Shown: piece after piece, positions 10,000 to 19,847 of the stretch
Layout of the letters: each line of letters begins with the position of its first letter
Position numbering within the stretch: position 1 is the first letter of the stretch
NCBI GenBank assembly: GCA_025449905.1
Contig: JANWIN010000012.1
Location: forward strand, 1-43,317
Length of the DNA: 43,317 nt
Direction of reading: 5' to 3'
Origin: Candidatus Saccharimonadales bacterium
GTDB lineage: Bacteria > Patescibacteriota > Saccharimonadia > Saccharimonadales > JANWIN01
The notes under the pieces: model-generated
Seen by the model: only the letters and a program-made list of their open reading frames with translations
Told to the model about the DNA's origin: nothing
Databases searched by the model: none
Program-made: the position numbers and the translations under genes

Positions 10000-10028
10000 A
10001 TTATAGCAAATTTTAACTGGTTTGTCAA
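10000..10028 (-). promoter_or_regulatory. Perfect-consensus sigma70 promoter
   Basis: Minus strand TTGACA-N17-TATAAT with TGc extension, then 9 nt to ATG 9990. Confidence 0.8.
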
Positions 10029-10123
10029 TCTTGGCAAAATGGCCAAAATATCAAATTATAGTGTCCGCTTTGGCTATCCTAAGCCGCCTAACGTATAATT
10101 TAATCACCCAAGAGAACAAACCT

Positions 10124-11197
10124 GTGAAAATAGCCTATATTTTATCTTATAAATATCCTAATTACATTCGTACGCAATTTTTGTTGCAGACAATGGCCAC
10201 GATTCCTGATGCCGAGGTGTTAAAAGCTATAAATTCTCACAAAAATATTCTGCGTTACCCCGAAACACTAATAAGGCTGCTTTGGCTACGTCTTAAGCAT
10301 CGGCCGGATGTTTATATGCTCGGCTTTAGGGGCACAGAAATTTATTGGCCGGTTCGCTTATTAACTCTTGGCAAGCCTTTAATTTATGACGAATTCTTAA
10401 GCCCCTATCTTTGGATAGTTGAGGAGCATAAAAAGTTCAAGCCTGGAAGTTTTGGTGCTAGATTAGTTAAAACTTATGCCAAAAGTCTTGTAAAAAGCTC
10501 TAAACTAGTTTTGAGCGATACTGATGCACAGGCTGATTATTCGTCTGAGAAACTAGGTGTTAGGCGCGACAAATACCTGACTTTATACGTAGGCACCGAT
10601 GAAAAATTATTTAAACCGCTAAAACAGGTTAAAACCAAGGACTTTGTAGTTCTATTTTATGGTTATTTTTTACCCCTCCACGGCATGAAATATATTGTTG
10701 AAGCCGCTAAAAAGTTAAAAAATCAGCGAAATATTAAATTCATTATTGCCGGCGGCGCCACAAGGGAAAAAGATTTAAATGAGTTTCTTAATTCAGTTAG
10801 GAAATTCGGGCTAACCAATATTGAGCATCATGACTGGATAAATTATGAAGACATCCCGAAATATATTGCCAAGGCTGATCTTTGCTTGGGTGGCCCGTTT
10901 GGCGATACACCGCAGGCTCAAAAAGTAATTACAGGCAAGACCTTCCAATTTTTAGCTATGGCTAAAGCTACGCTGATAGGCCAGGTTAAAGAGTCAGTTA
11001 GTTTTATTGACGGAAAAAACTGCCTAATAGTCCCGCAGGGCTCCGGTGAGGCAATTGCTGAGAAGATTGTGTGGGCTTATAACAATAAAGACAAACTAGA
11101 AGCAATTGGTAAGCAGGGCCAAGCTTTATATAAAGAAAAGTTTTCACAAGCCGCCCAGAGACCTAAGCTTGAACAAGCGCTAAAAAAATTAACTTAA
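10124..11197 (+). CDS. GT4 glycosyltransferase
   Basis: Likely GTG start at 10124 (VKIAYI; TATAAT at 10094-10099); FYGYFLPLHG, ADLCLGGPFG, VITGKTFQFLAM. Confidence 0.85.
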   Translation: MKIAYILSYKYPNYIRTQFLLQTMATIPDAEVLKAINSHKNILRYPETLIRLLWLRLKHRPDVYMLGFRGTEIYWPVRLLTLGKPLIYDEFLSPYLWIVEEHKKFKPGSFGARLVKTYAKSLVKSSKLVLSDTDAQADYSSEKLGVRRDKYLTLYVGTDEKLFKPLKQVKTKDFVVLFYGYFLPLHGMKYIVEAAKKLKNQRNIKFIIAGGATREKDLNEFLNSVRKFGLTNIEHHDWINYEDIPKYIAKADLCLGGPFGDTPQAQKVITGKTFQFLAMAKATLIGQVKESVSFIDGKNCLIVPQGSGEAIAEKIVWAYNNKDKLEAIGKQGQALYKEKFSQAAQRPKLEQALKKLT

Positions 11198-12279
11198 GTC
11201 TTTACGACGTCGGTATAAATTTGACGGTAGTCTTTAACCATATTATTAAACGGTGAATTTTTTTGGGGTTTGGAGCGGATCTTTTGATTGTTTACAAGCT
11301 CAGCCATCTTTAAGCCAAACGCCGCCCAGCCCTTGGTTATATCTTGAGAGGTAATTAAATCGGAAGTTGATTCGTCAAGGTCAATAACGCTGCTAATAAG
11401 TATAGGTGTGCTAAGCTGCAGGGATTCAGTCAAGATCAGCGGCGGCTGGAACTTACTGTCCATCTTTTTAACGGGGTAAATAGTTAGATCAGCAGCTTCG
11501 AGCAAGGAAATTATTTGGTCGGTTTCACCAAGCGTGATAACGCGGCCAGGGAATTCTTTGGCGATAGCTTCGCCGGTTCCTTCTTTGTCAAAACGGCAAG
11601 CTAAAACTACAAGTGCATTTTTAGTGTTCTCAAGAAAAATTTTCAGACATTCACTAAAGCTAGCATCTACGCCGAGTCTTTCAAATTCGCCGGGGAATAA
11701 AACGACTTTTTCGGCTTCTTTAAATAAAGTTCGGCGAGTGTCAGCTCGTCTTTTTTCGTCATAAGCAATGCGCTTATCTGCAGGCCATGGCGTAATTAAA
11801 GATACTGAATCCCGCAGCTGCTTAACCTGTCTATAAACGCTTGGCGATTGGCAAACAATCCAGTCGCCCCAGAGTAGATTAGCCAATTGCTCATTACTAA
11901 TACTTACCTCGGGCAACCCAGTAACTGTCTGTACAAAAACGGTGCCGCTACGCTTAGCTTTTTTGGTGGCCGCCTTGAGCAGCTTTACGTTTTGGCTAGT
12001 TGGTATATGGGCGGTATGAACAACATTGTATTTATTAGCTTTTCGGTAAACGCCCAGAATAAACTCGTACCTAAGCCTTAAATTCCAGCCAAGGCCGCTA
12101 AAAACTTTTTCAGTGCCAATTCCAGGAATAGGGTATTTAGTAGCAGTAAAGACAGCTGGATTTATGGCACTGTCATCAGTCAGAACATTAGCTAAATCAG
12201 ACAGAAGTACAAAGCCGCCCTCCCGCGGCGGTGATTCAAAGGCTCTTGAGGCTAAGAGTAGTCTTATTTTGCCGCTCAT
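11194..12279 (-). CDS. Divergent GT4-like glycosyltransferase
   Basis: PPREGG near the N-terminus; ADLTIYP...PLILTESLQLSTPILIS GT-B motif; ATG overlaps the upstream stop (TGATG). Confidence 0.7.
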   Translation of the reverse strand: MSGKIRLLLASRAFESPPREGGFVLLSDLANVLTDDSAINPAVFTATKYPIPGIGTEKVFSGLGWNLRLRYEFILGVYRKANKYNVVHTAHIPTSQNVKLLKAATKKAKRSGTVFVQTVTGLPEVSISNEQLANLLWGDWIVCQSPSVYRQVKQLRDSVSLITPWPADKRIAYDEKRRADTRRTLFKEAEKVVLFPGEFERLGVDASFSECLKIFLENTKNALVVLACRFDKEGTGEAIAKEFPGRVITLGETDQIISLLEAADLTIYPVKKMDSKFQPPLILTESLQLSTPILISSVIDLDESTSDLITSQDITKGWAAFGLKMAELVNNQKIRSKPQKNSPFNNMVKDYRQIYTDVVKT

Positions 12280-13502
12280 CAACTAGCCTTCAGCTTGTGT
12301 AGTGAACCGCGGGCTTTTCTTTTGGCTTTAGCCAGGTAGTGTTTAAAAAGAGCCTTGTTCTTCTTTAAATGATTGCGAAGCGGCGTACGACTTTTTTTAA
12401 CTAATTTAACACCCAGACTTTTTCCGGCCTCCACATTACCTAAATTAAAATAAACAGATTTATCAGACGGCTGAGTAAAGCTGTAACCATTACTAATTAA
12501 AAACTCTGATAAAACACTAACAGCTTCACCAGATTTAAACGAACTAGGCTCAAGTTTAATATTTAAGCTAGCCGCCATTTTAACCAGGCGCTCGATATAA
12601 TCTTGGGCAATCGCCGGTTTATGAATGAGGGCATGATAAAGTAGGCTATAAAAATAATCTTTGGGGGCAGGGGTGTAAAAGTTTTTTTTGTCATACACTC
12701 GATTTTCTAAAATGGCCTCTTGCCACTTAAGATCATAATAATTGTCGCCCAGACAACGGAAGTCAAAATGTACCGGCTGGTTATTAATAGTGACTTGGTT
12801 ATAAACACGAGTAGGACTCTTAAATACCGGCTTAGAATTTGTAATTAAACAAGAGTCAGTATAGCTAGCTACAAATAAATCTATATCGCCGTGATCTTTA
12901 GCGTAGTATTTATCGGGCAACGGCTCAAAATTTCGCAGCACCACATAGTCAATAGTGTTATTTAGAACATACAACAGCTCTTTAAGACTGCCCCAGCCAT
13001 CCGACCCGACCACATCCTCGTGCCATTTCTCAATTTTTTGTTTGGCGGGTTGTTTAAGTAAGTCATTAATATTTTTGCCAAACAATAGAGTTAAATCATG
13101 GTCAGTTTCGCGAACCGTGTTCGTACCGTGCACACGGTGGCCGCCGCCGGTCCAATCACGGTGCCTAGACTTTGCCAAAAACAAATTTGAATTAACGTTT
13201 TTATCGCCTTTAGAGGTGGTGTGGACCTTGTAGATAGGTTTTTTATCTTCAACAATGACAACTAAAAACGAATTGGTACCAACATGTATTTCTTTTTTGG
13301 AATTAGGCGGCAGGCTAGTGCCGTAAAAGCGCGATAAATTCTCACTAAATTTCTTTTTGGTCCAATAAACTTCGTAGGTTCTGAGTATCTTAAAATTCTT
13401 GGAAATGTCAGCTATGATTTTATCTTCCACAACACGAGCGTTTTCCCAGACGATAAAGAGATGTACTTCACTTTTTGAATAGTCGTTTTTTATAGCCGGC
13501 AT
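12279..13502 (-). CDS. Two-domain protein: NDP-kinase-like N-domain and nucleotidyltransferase-like C-domain
   Basis: RVHGTNTVRETDHDLTLLFG resembles the NDK HGSDS..A..EI..FF segment; YVVLRNF...HGDIDLFV is a Pol-beta-type NTase GDxD signature. Confidence 0.55.
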   Translation of the reverse strand: MPAIKNDYSKSEVHLFIVWENARVVEDKIIADISKNFKILRTYEVYWTKKKFSENLSRFYGTSLPPNSKKEIHVGTNSFLVVIVEDKKPIYKVHTTSKGDKNVNSNLFLAKSRHRDWTGGGHRVHGTNTVRETDHDLTLLFGKNINDLLKQPAKQKIEKWHEDVVGSDGWGSLKELLYVLNNTIDYVVLRNFEPLPDKYYAKDHGDIDLFVASYTDSCLITNSKPVFKSPTRVYNQVTINNQPVHFDFRCLGDNYYDLKWQEAILENRVYDKKNFYTPAPKDYFYSLLYHALIHKPAIAQDYIERLVKMAASLNIKLEPSSFKSGEAVSVLSEFLISNGYSFTQPSDKSVYFNLGNVEAGKSLGVKLVKKSRTPLRNHLKKNKALFKHYLAKAKRKARGSLHKLKAS

Positions 13503-13515
13503 TACCTAATTCTAC

Positions 13516-14886
13516 CTAAAACTTGAGAACTTTATTAAGCCAAAACCGCAAATATTTAAAAGGCAGCGACCAAACACCAAGGTAACGCTTAACCAAAAAT
13601 AGCATAATAATATTGGCTACAGTAATAGTGACGGCCGTCACTAATCCGGCGCCAAAAACTCCAAGTGAGGGGATTAAAACTAGCCCCATCACAATATTTA
13701 CTACCAATGAAACACCAACCGCCCCGGCTAAAGCTTTTTCATGACCGGTCATAGCTAAAATGAATAGCGTTGGCCCGACAGCAATATTTATTAGCTGGCC
13801 AACAGCCAGAATCATCAGCGAACTATCGCCAGCCGTAAATTCCGGGCCAAACAAACCAAGCACAAAACTGGGGAATAAAAACATCACTAGAAAGAGTGGC
13901 AGTGCCAAAAGGAAGCCGAAAGCACTAACTTTGCCAAATAAAATTTCCAATTTTTGTTTTTCGTTTTTCGCATAAAGTTCAGAAATCGTGGTGCCGGCAA
14001 TGGTATTTATGGCCGTCAATATTAACGACAAAACTAGAGAAATTTTAAGGGCAGCGCTAAAAATACCGACTTCTTTGCTATTGGCATGAGCGCCTAATAT
14101 TAGGACACTGGCTTGGCCAATCATGGTAGTGGCAAAGGCTACAAACAATAAAGGCAGACCGCTGGCTAGCAATATCTTATAGCTATATGACTGTTTAATT
14201 CGACTTTTTGGCAGGTGATGATTTGTAAAGTAAATACTGGCTCCCAGAGCGATAAAACAAGCGATAACAAAGCCCACTGCCACACCCATAAGACCGTAAA
14301 TAAAGCCCAGAGTTAATATAGACACTACGCCAAGGGCGTAAATAACAATTCGCTCGATGATTAAAGCTTCCTTGGTTCGCTTTAAGGAACGCAAAACGCC
14401 GCCGTAAATATATCTAAGGGCAAAGGGAACGGCTGATAGCGAAAAAACCCGCAGATATGAGGTTAATGATGGATTATGAAAAATATTGTTAGAAATCCAA
14501 CCGGCAAATATAAACAGCAAAATAGAAATAGCTAGGGTGTTATAAAAAGCTAATTTAAGCGAAGAATTTTTAACAGCCTGGGCTTGGTCATAATCTTTTT
14601 TGTTAAGCAGTGGCGGGATCAAACGAATAACTGTTCTATCCAGACCTAAATAGCCAAATAGGGTAAGTATCATTATCACTGAAAAACACAAGTAAAAAAT
14701 ACCGGTGCCATTTGCGCCAAATCTTCGAGCAATTAATAAATCAAAAATAAACTGGATACCGGCGGCACTGCCCAGGATAATTAAGGCCCAGATAGAATGT
14801 TTTATGACCTCGATGAAGTGCTCATCGCCGGTTGACACAAGCTGACGAAGGCGAGATTTCTCAAATCGCTTGTAACCTATAGACAT
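13516..14886 (-). CDS. wzx: Wzx/MOP-family oligosaccharide flippase
   Basis: About 12-14 TM segments; IARRFG...GIF, EVGIFSAA, LIPSLGVFGAG motifs; start moved to ATG 14886 (TGtTATAAT and AAAGG SD upstream). Confidence 0.85.
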   Translation of the reverse strand: MSIGYKRFEKSRLRQLVSTGDEHFIEVIKHSIWALIILGSAAGIQFIFDLLIARRFGANGTGIFYLCFSVIMILTLFGYLGLDRTVIRLIPPLLNKKDYDQAQAVKNSSLKLAFYNTLAISILLFIFAGWISNNIFHNPSLTSYLRVFSLSAVPFALRYIYGGVLRSLKRTKEALIIERIVIYALGVVSILTLGFIYGLMGVAVGFVIACFIALGASIYFTNHHLPKSRIKQSYSYKILLASGLPLLFVAFATTMIGQASVLILGAHANSKEVGIFSAALKISLVLSLILTAINTIAGTTISELYAKNEKQKLEILFGKVSAFGFLLALPLFLVMFLFPSFVLGLFGPEFTAGDSSLMILAVGQLINIAVGPTLFILAMTGHEKALAGAVGVSLVVNIVMGLVLIPSLGVFGAGLVTAVTITVANIIMLFLVKRYLGVWSLPFKYLRFWLNKVLKF

Positions 14887-14985
14887 GAAACCTTTCTTAT
14901 ATGGTGAATTATAACATTCATATTGCCCTCTGGCATTGAGGTCAAGCAACGGCAATCCCTTAGTAAAAGACAGAGCGTCATAAAA

Positions 14986-15014
14986 TTGACAAATAGCTTA
15001 AACTATAGTATTAT
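14986..15014 (+). promoter_or_regulatory. sigma70 promoter, leaderless
   Basis: TTGACA-N17-TATTAT, then 6 nt to ATG 15021. Confidence 0.75.
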
Positions 15015-15020
15015 AACACT

Positions 15021-15788
15021 ATGTCTGTAAAAATTGGGGCCTGGAATGTAAGCGGAGCTCTTGGCAAACCAGAAATGGCCCCTGTAGTATTAGAAATGAT
15101 GCAACGAATAGGTGCTGATGTCTGGGTCTTAAGCGAGGCCCTGGATATTAATGAGGATTTGCTGGTTAGAGAAGATTTTGAAAGGGACGGCTTTGAAGTC
15201 CAAATTGTTGATAGAGAAATTACTGATACAAGAGGCGATAAAATGCTTGTAGTACTAAATAGATTGGGCCCTAAAGCCACTAAGCTGGCCTTGGCTCATC
15301 GCCAGGGTGCATCAGCAGATATATCACTGGCTTCAGACGGAAAGGCAATTAGAGTTGTGGGCGCCCACTTTGATGATCGGCGTGAGCAAAGTCGACTGGA
15401 TATGGCCCAGGCCTTTATAGATTATAAAAATGCCAATCCCAACGTACCGACTATATTAGCCGGTGACATCAACGCCATGCACGGCGATGATGACATAGCG
15501 AAACTCTTGCAAAGTCGACGCGTTAGATTAGCGGCTTTTCTTATACCAATGCCCAGGAATTTGGATGGTCGTTTAGTGGCAATGGCTGACGGTCGAACGA
15601 TGGCTTTATTGGAGCAGGCTGATATGCAAGATGCTGACTCCCTACATCAACCAACCATGCATTATCCTATAATACCGGGTGTCCAATTAGACCACATCAT
15701 GCATCCAAGCGAAGTTAGAGCCACTAATTTTGAAGCGCATGCCACATACACAAATCACCGAGCCATAACTGCAACCATCGAAACCTAA
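15021..15788 (+). CDS. Endonuclease/exonuclease/phosphatase (EEP) family protein
   Basis: AWNV, ADVWVLSEA, GAHF, ILAGDIN, QLDHIM and TNHRAI (SDH-equivalent) motifs. Confidence 0.88.
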   Translation: MSVKIGAWNVSGALGKPEMAPVVLEMMQRIGADVWVLSEALDINEDLLVREDFERDGFEVQIVDREITDTRGDKMLVVLNRLGPKATKLALAHRQGASADISLASDGKAIRVVGAHFDDRREQSRLDMAQAFIDYKNANPNVPTILAGDINAMHGDDDIAKLLQSRRVRLAAFLIPMPRNLDGRLVAMADGRTMALLEQADMQDADSLHQPTMHYPIIPGVQLDHIMHPSEVRATNFEAHATYTNHRAITATIET

Positions 15789-15793
15789 GATTA

Positions 15794-16735
15794 TTATTTC
15801 TTATATCGTTGTTCTTTTGTTCGTTCCAGCTGGTCTTCTATAAGGACACGGTTAATGCGGATTAAATCGGCTACAATGCCAAGGGTTAAGGACAGGAACG
15901 AAGCAATTAGTAAAATACTACCACCAATTAGTGACTGTAGGTGACTACCACCAACACCTTCAATCACAAACAACATATAGCGAATAAATGGATATAAACC
16001 AGCTACAAATAAAAAGAACGCTAAACTCAAAAATATCATATAGGGTTTATACATTATGTAAGCCCTAACAATAGCGCTCGTGGATTTTCGAACATGCTGC
16101 CAGGTGGATTTAAACAAACGTGACTCTCGGGTCTTAGGATTAGTAGTTATCGGGATGCTAGTTATAGCTAAGCGCTTTACGCCGGCTTGGATAATAGTTT
16201 CCATGCAATAGCTAAAAGTCGTAACTAGATTTAGCCGCAACAGAGACTTTCTGGAATAAGCCCTAAAACCGCTGGCGGCGTCCGGAATATTAGTGCCAGC
16301 AGCTTTATTAACGACGAAACTGCCAAAACGCTGCAATAATTTTTTAAGCGGTGAAAAGTGGGCAATTTTAGCTGTCTGTCGGTCGGCAATAACAATATCG
16401 GCTCGTCCTTCAACAATTGGCTTTACCAGCTCAGGAATTTTCTCCTGCGGGTATTGGTTGTCGCCATCAGTGTTAACTACAATATCGGCGCCCAGTTCCA
16501 GGGCTCGATTGACACCATCGCGGAACGAACGGGCCAGACCTTGGTTGCCGGCGTGACGAACAAAGTGCTTAACACTGTGATTTTTAGCAATTTCAATAGT
16601 TTTATCAGTTGAGCCGTCATCGATAATTAAAATTTCAATTTCATCAACACCATTAATTTTAGTCGGGATGGATTTAAGAACCAGCGGCAAAGTTTTTTCT
16701 TCGTTTAAACAGGGAACTTGAACTACTAATTTCAT
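15794..16735 (-). CDS. GT2 glycosyltransferase, DPM1/GtrB-like with two C-terminal TM helices
   Basis: PCLNEE, IDDGSTD, TDGDNQY, DAASGFRAY. Confidence 0.92.
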   Translation of the reverse strand: MKLVVQVPCLNEEKTLPLVLKSIPTKINGVDEIEILIIDDGSTDKTIEIAKNHSVKHFVRHAGNQGLARSFRDGVNRALELGADIVVNTDGDNQYPQEKIPELVKPIVEGRADIVIADRQTAKIAHFSPLKKLLQRFGSFVVNKAAGTNIPDAASGFRAYSRKSLLRLNLVTTFSYCMETIIQAGVKRLAITSIPITTNPKTRESRLFKSTWQHVRKSTSAIVRAYIMYKPYMIFLSLAFFLFVAGLYPFIRYMLFVIEGVGGSHLQSLIGGSILLIASFLSLTLGIVADLIRINRVLIEDQLERTKEQRYKK

Positions 16736-18117
16736 AATTTATTTCTTCCGTTTCTTCCTACACCAGTATAATCTAATCCGGCCTTCTCAACTTTATCAAT
16801 TGAATAAACATCCATGCAGTCAACCAGTAGCTTGCCGCGCATTAAAGATTTTAATTTAGAAAGATTGTAGCGCAAAAATTCCGGCCAATCAGTGGTGATA
16901 AAAACAGCGTCAGCATTTTTGACTGCCGCTTCTAGCGACTGGCAAACTTCAATATGGCGTTGCAAGTTTTCTTCGGCTTCACCCTTAGCCTTGGGATCAA
17001 AAACTCTAACTTCAGCCCTATTTCTGGCTAAGATATTAGCCAGAGCTACACCCGGTGATTTGCGCGCATCACTGGTACCGGCTTTATATGACAAACCTAG
17101 TACAGCCACTTTTTTATTCTCTAGCTTTCCAAGTATTTTCTTAGCTTTATTGGCAATGTAGCCGGGCATGGAAAAGTTTAATTCAGTCGCAGCTGTCATT
17201 ATTTGCAGATCGACACCATATTCACTGGCGCTGCTAATAAGACCGCTGACATCTTTAGGAAAACAGCCACCGCCATATCCCCGGCCAGCGTTTAAAAAAG
17301 CCCGGCCAATGCGTTTATCAGCTCCGACCACATCCATAACTTCATTAATATCTGCATCACTGTGATCAGCGAGCTTGGCAATTGAGTTAGCAAATGAAAT
17401 CTTTAACGCCAAAAATGCATTGGCGGTAACTTTGATAAGTTCAGCGCTGCTGCGGTTAGTTATGAAGTATTGACCTTTGTGTAATTTGTCGGCCGATTTT
17501 AATTTGGCAAGGCTAGCTATCCTACTGCGCTTGGCTTCAATGCTTTGGTAAAGCTTTATTATCTTATTGGCGGCTGCCTTGTTGTCACTACCGACTACTA
17601 CTCGATCAAACCATAGCGTGTCAATTATGGCCGTGCCCTCGCGTAAAAATTCTGGATTAGAAACATAAGCCGCGTTAACTTTAAAGTTAGTAAACAACTC
17701 TTGAATTTTCACACCGGTGCCAACAGGCACGGTACTTTTTTGAGCATAGATAGTACCTGATTTAAGATATTTTGCGGCTTCGCTAGCGGCCGCAAAAACG
17801 TAGCTTAGGTTTGAGCTGCCATCTGGGTTATCGGGCGTCCCGACACACGAAAAAATAATAGAACTATTAGGCACAGCCAAACTGTAATCATCAGTCGGAA
17901 TAAGGCGTTTAGTATTAACGGCCTTTTTAATTAAGACGTCTATGCCATCTTCGTAAAAAAACGAACGTCCGCTTTGTATAATCTTTAACTTTCGTGCGTC
18001 GGGTTCAATTAAATAAACAGTTTGTCCGGCATTAGATAGTACTGCGGCCGTCGAAAGGCCAACATAGCCCGCCCCCAACACCGTAATAGTAGTCTGGGTA
18101 GTTCCTGAACTCTTCAT
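16732..18117 (-). CDS. ugd: UDP-glucose 6-dehydrogenase
   Basis: GAGYVG, KSTVPVGT, NPEFLREG, GYGGGCFPKD. Confidence 0.93.
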   Translation of the reverse strand: MKSSGTTQTTITVLGAGYVGLSTAAVLSNAGQTVYLIEPDARKLKIIQSGRSFFYEDGIDVLIKKAVNTKRLIPTDDYSLAVPNSSIIFSCVGTPDNPDGSSNLSYVFAAASEAAKYLKSGTIYAQKSTVPVGTGVKIQELFTNFKVNAAYVSNPEFLREGTAIIDTLWFDRVVVGSDNKAAANKIIKLYQSIEAKRSRIASLAKLKSADKLHKGQYFITNRSSAELIKVTANAFLALKISFANSIAKLADHSDADINEVMDVVGADKRIGRAFLNAGRGYGGGCFPKDVSGLISSASEYGVDLQIMTAATELNFSMPGYIANKAKKILGKLENKKVAVLGLSYKAGTSDARKSPGVALANILARNRAEVRVFDPKAKGEAEENLQRHIEVCQSLEAAVKNADAVFITTDWPEFLRYNLSKLKSLMRGKLLVDCMDVYSIDKVEKAGLDYTGVGRNGRNKL

Positions 18118-18138
18118 TACTTGAGTAAATTATATCAG

Positions 18139-19002
18139 TTAAGTGCTAATTAAGGACTTTAAATATTGGCCATAACCGCTCTTTTGCAGCGGCTCAGCCA
18201 ATTTAGCCAATTGCTCGGCTGAAATAAAACCTTGGCGGAAGGCAATTTCTTCAATACAGCCAATTTTAATTGCTTGACGCTCTTCAATGACGCTCACAAA
18301 TTGGGCGGCTTGATTCATAGCCTCAAAAGTACCGGTGTCTAACCAGGCTGTGCCGTGGTCCAGCAAACAGACTTTCAACTTACCTTTATCCAAATAGGCG
18401 TTAAGCACCGAAACTATTTCAAGCTCGCCGCGATCGCTGGGCTTAACGTTTTTGGCAATTTCAACCACTTCGTTATCACAAAAATATAGACCAGCGTTTG
18501 CGTAACTGGTTTTTGGCGTAGTTGGTTTTTCAGTTAATGACAATACGTTCATGTCCTTATCAAATTCATAAATACCATAGCGCTCAGGATCTTTAACTTG
18601 GGCAGCGAAACCAACGGCACCGTCTACGTCAGTGTATTCTTTAAGTTGTTTATCGATCTGACTGCCGTAAAAAAGATTGTCGCCTAAAATCATGGCCACC
18701 TTGTCGCTACCGATAAACTCAGCACCAACGATGAAAGCATCAGCTAGGCCGCGGGGCTCTTCCTGGACTTTATAGCTGAATTTACAGCCAATCTGATGGC
18801 CGTCGCCTAGTAACTGCTCAAAACGCGGTAAATCCTGCGGTGTAGAAATTATTAAAATTTCACGAATGCCAGCACTCATAAGCGTGCTTAGCGGGTAATA
18901 TACCATCGGCTTATCATGAATCGGCATCAGCTGCTTACTCAGCACTAAAGTAATAGGATATAGCCTTGTACCGCTACCGCCGGCTAGAATGATACCTTTC
19001 AT
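18139..19002 (-). CDS. rfbA: Glucose-1-phosphate thymidylyltransferase
   Basis: MKGIILAGGSGTRLYP, RGELEI, WLDTGT; start ATG 19002 overlaps the rfbD stop (ATGA). Confidence 0.97.
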   Translation of the reverse strand: MKGIILAGGSGTRLYPITLVLSKQLMPIHDKPMVYYPLSTLMSAGIREILIISTPQDLPRFEQLLGDGHQIGCKFSYKVQEEPRGLADAFIVGAEFIGSDKVAMILGDNLFYGSQIDKQLKEYTDVDGAVGFAAQVKDPERYGIYEFDKDMNVLSLTEKPTTPKTSYANAGLYFCDNEVVEIAKNVKPSDRGELEIVSVLNAYLDKGKLKVCLLDHGTAWLDTGTFEAMNQAAQFVSVIEERQAIKIGCIEEIAFRQGFISAEQLAKLAEPLQKSGYGQYLKSLIST

Positions 19003-19847
19003 TTTTTCAACTCCTGCTTTACGTAATCTCTCAAATCTTCCCGCCAATCGTGAGGTTTAAAACCGGTGGCTTTAATTTTAGCTAAATCAAGCGTGCTATT
19101 CAAAGGCCGCTTAGCTGATCTGGGCTTATCTTTTAGATATTCAGTCGTAGAAATGTTTTTGATAAGTCCTTCAAAACCAGCTTCTTTGAAAATTTCCCTG
19201 GCAATATCGGCCCAGGAAATCGGTGGACCATCATTGGTAATGTTATAAGTACTATAAGGCGTATGCTTACTTAATAAATAGTCTATAGCCCGGACTAGTT
19301 CGCTGGTAAATGTCAGACGGCCAATTTGATCGGCCACGACGCTTGGGCTGATACCTTTTTTACCTAGCTCAAGCATGGTTCGAACAAAGTTTTTACCGTC
19401 GCCAATAACCCAGGAAGTTCTTAAAATATAATGCTTAGGCAGTTTGGTTACAATTTTATCGCCTTCAGCTTTGGTTGAGCCATAAACGTTAAGCGGGCTA
19501 TATGGTTCATCTTCAGTGTGAGGCGTTTTGCTGCCGTCAAAAACATAATCAGTTGACATATGAACTAACGTTAATTCCTTACTTTTAGCTACCTCGGCTA
19601 GATTTGCAACACCTTCAACATTTACTTTTTGGGCCAGCTTTTGTCCCTCGGTTGTCTCAGCGCCGTCAACATCGGTGTAAGCTGCGGCATTTAAGATAAC
19701 CCTAGTACCCGTCCAGTTAAAATTCTTAACAGCTTCGACCTTACTTATATCCAAGCTGTCTACATCAACAGTTCGAGCATCTTTATATTGTTCATGCAAA
19801 GCCCGGCCTAACTGCCCATTTGCGCCGATGATTAAAATTTCACTCAT
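18999..19847 (-). CDS. rfbD: dTDP-4-dehydrorhamnose reductase
   Basis: GANGQLG, NAAAYTDVD, STDYVFDG, YGSTK. Confidence 0.95.
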   Translation of the reverse strand: MSEILIIGANGQLGRALHEQYKDARTVDVDSLDISKVEAVKNFNWTGTRVILNAAAYTDVDGAETTEGQKLAQKVNVEGVANLAEVAKSKELTLVHMSTDYVFDGSKTPHTEDEPYSPLNVYGSTKAEGDKIVTKLPKHYILRTSWVIGDGKNFVRTMLELGKKGISPSVVADQIGRLTFTSELVRAIDYLLSKHTPYSTYNITNDGPPISWADIAREIFKEAGFEGLIKNISTTEYLKDKPRSAKRPLNSTLDLAKIKATGFKPHDWREDLRDYVKQELKK

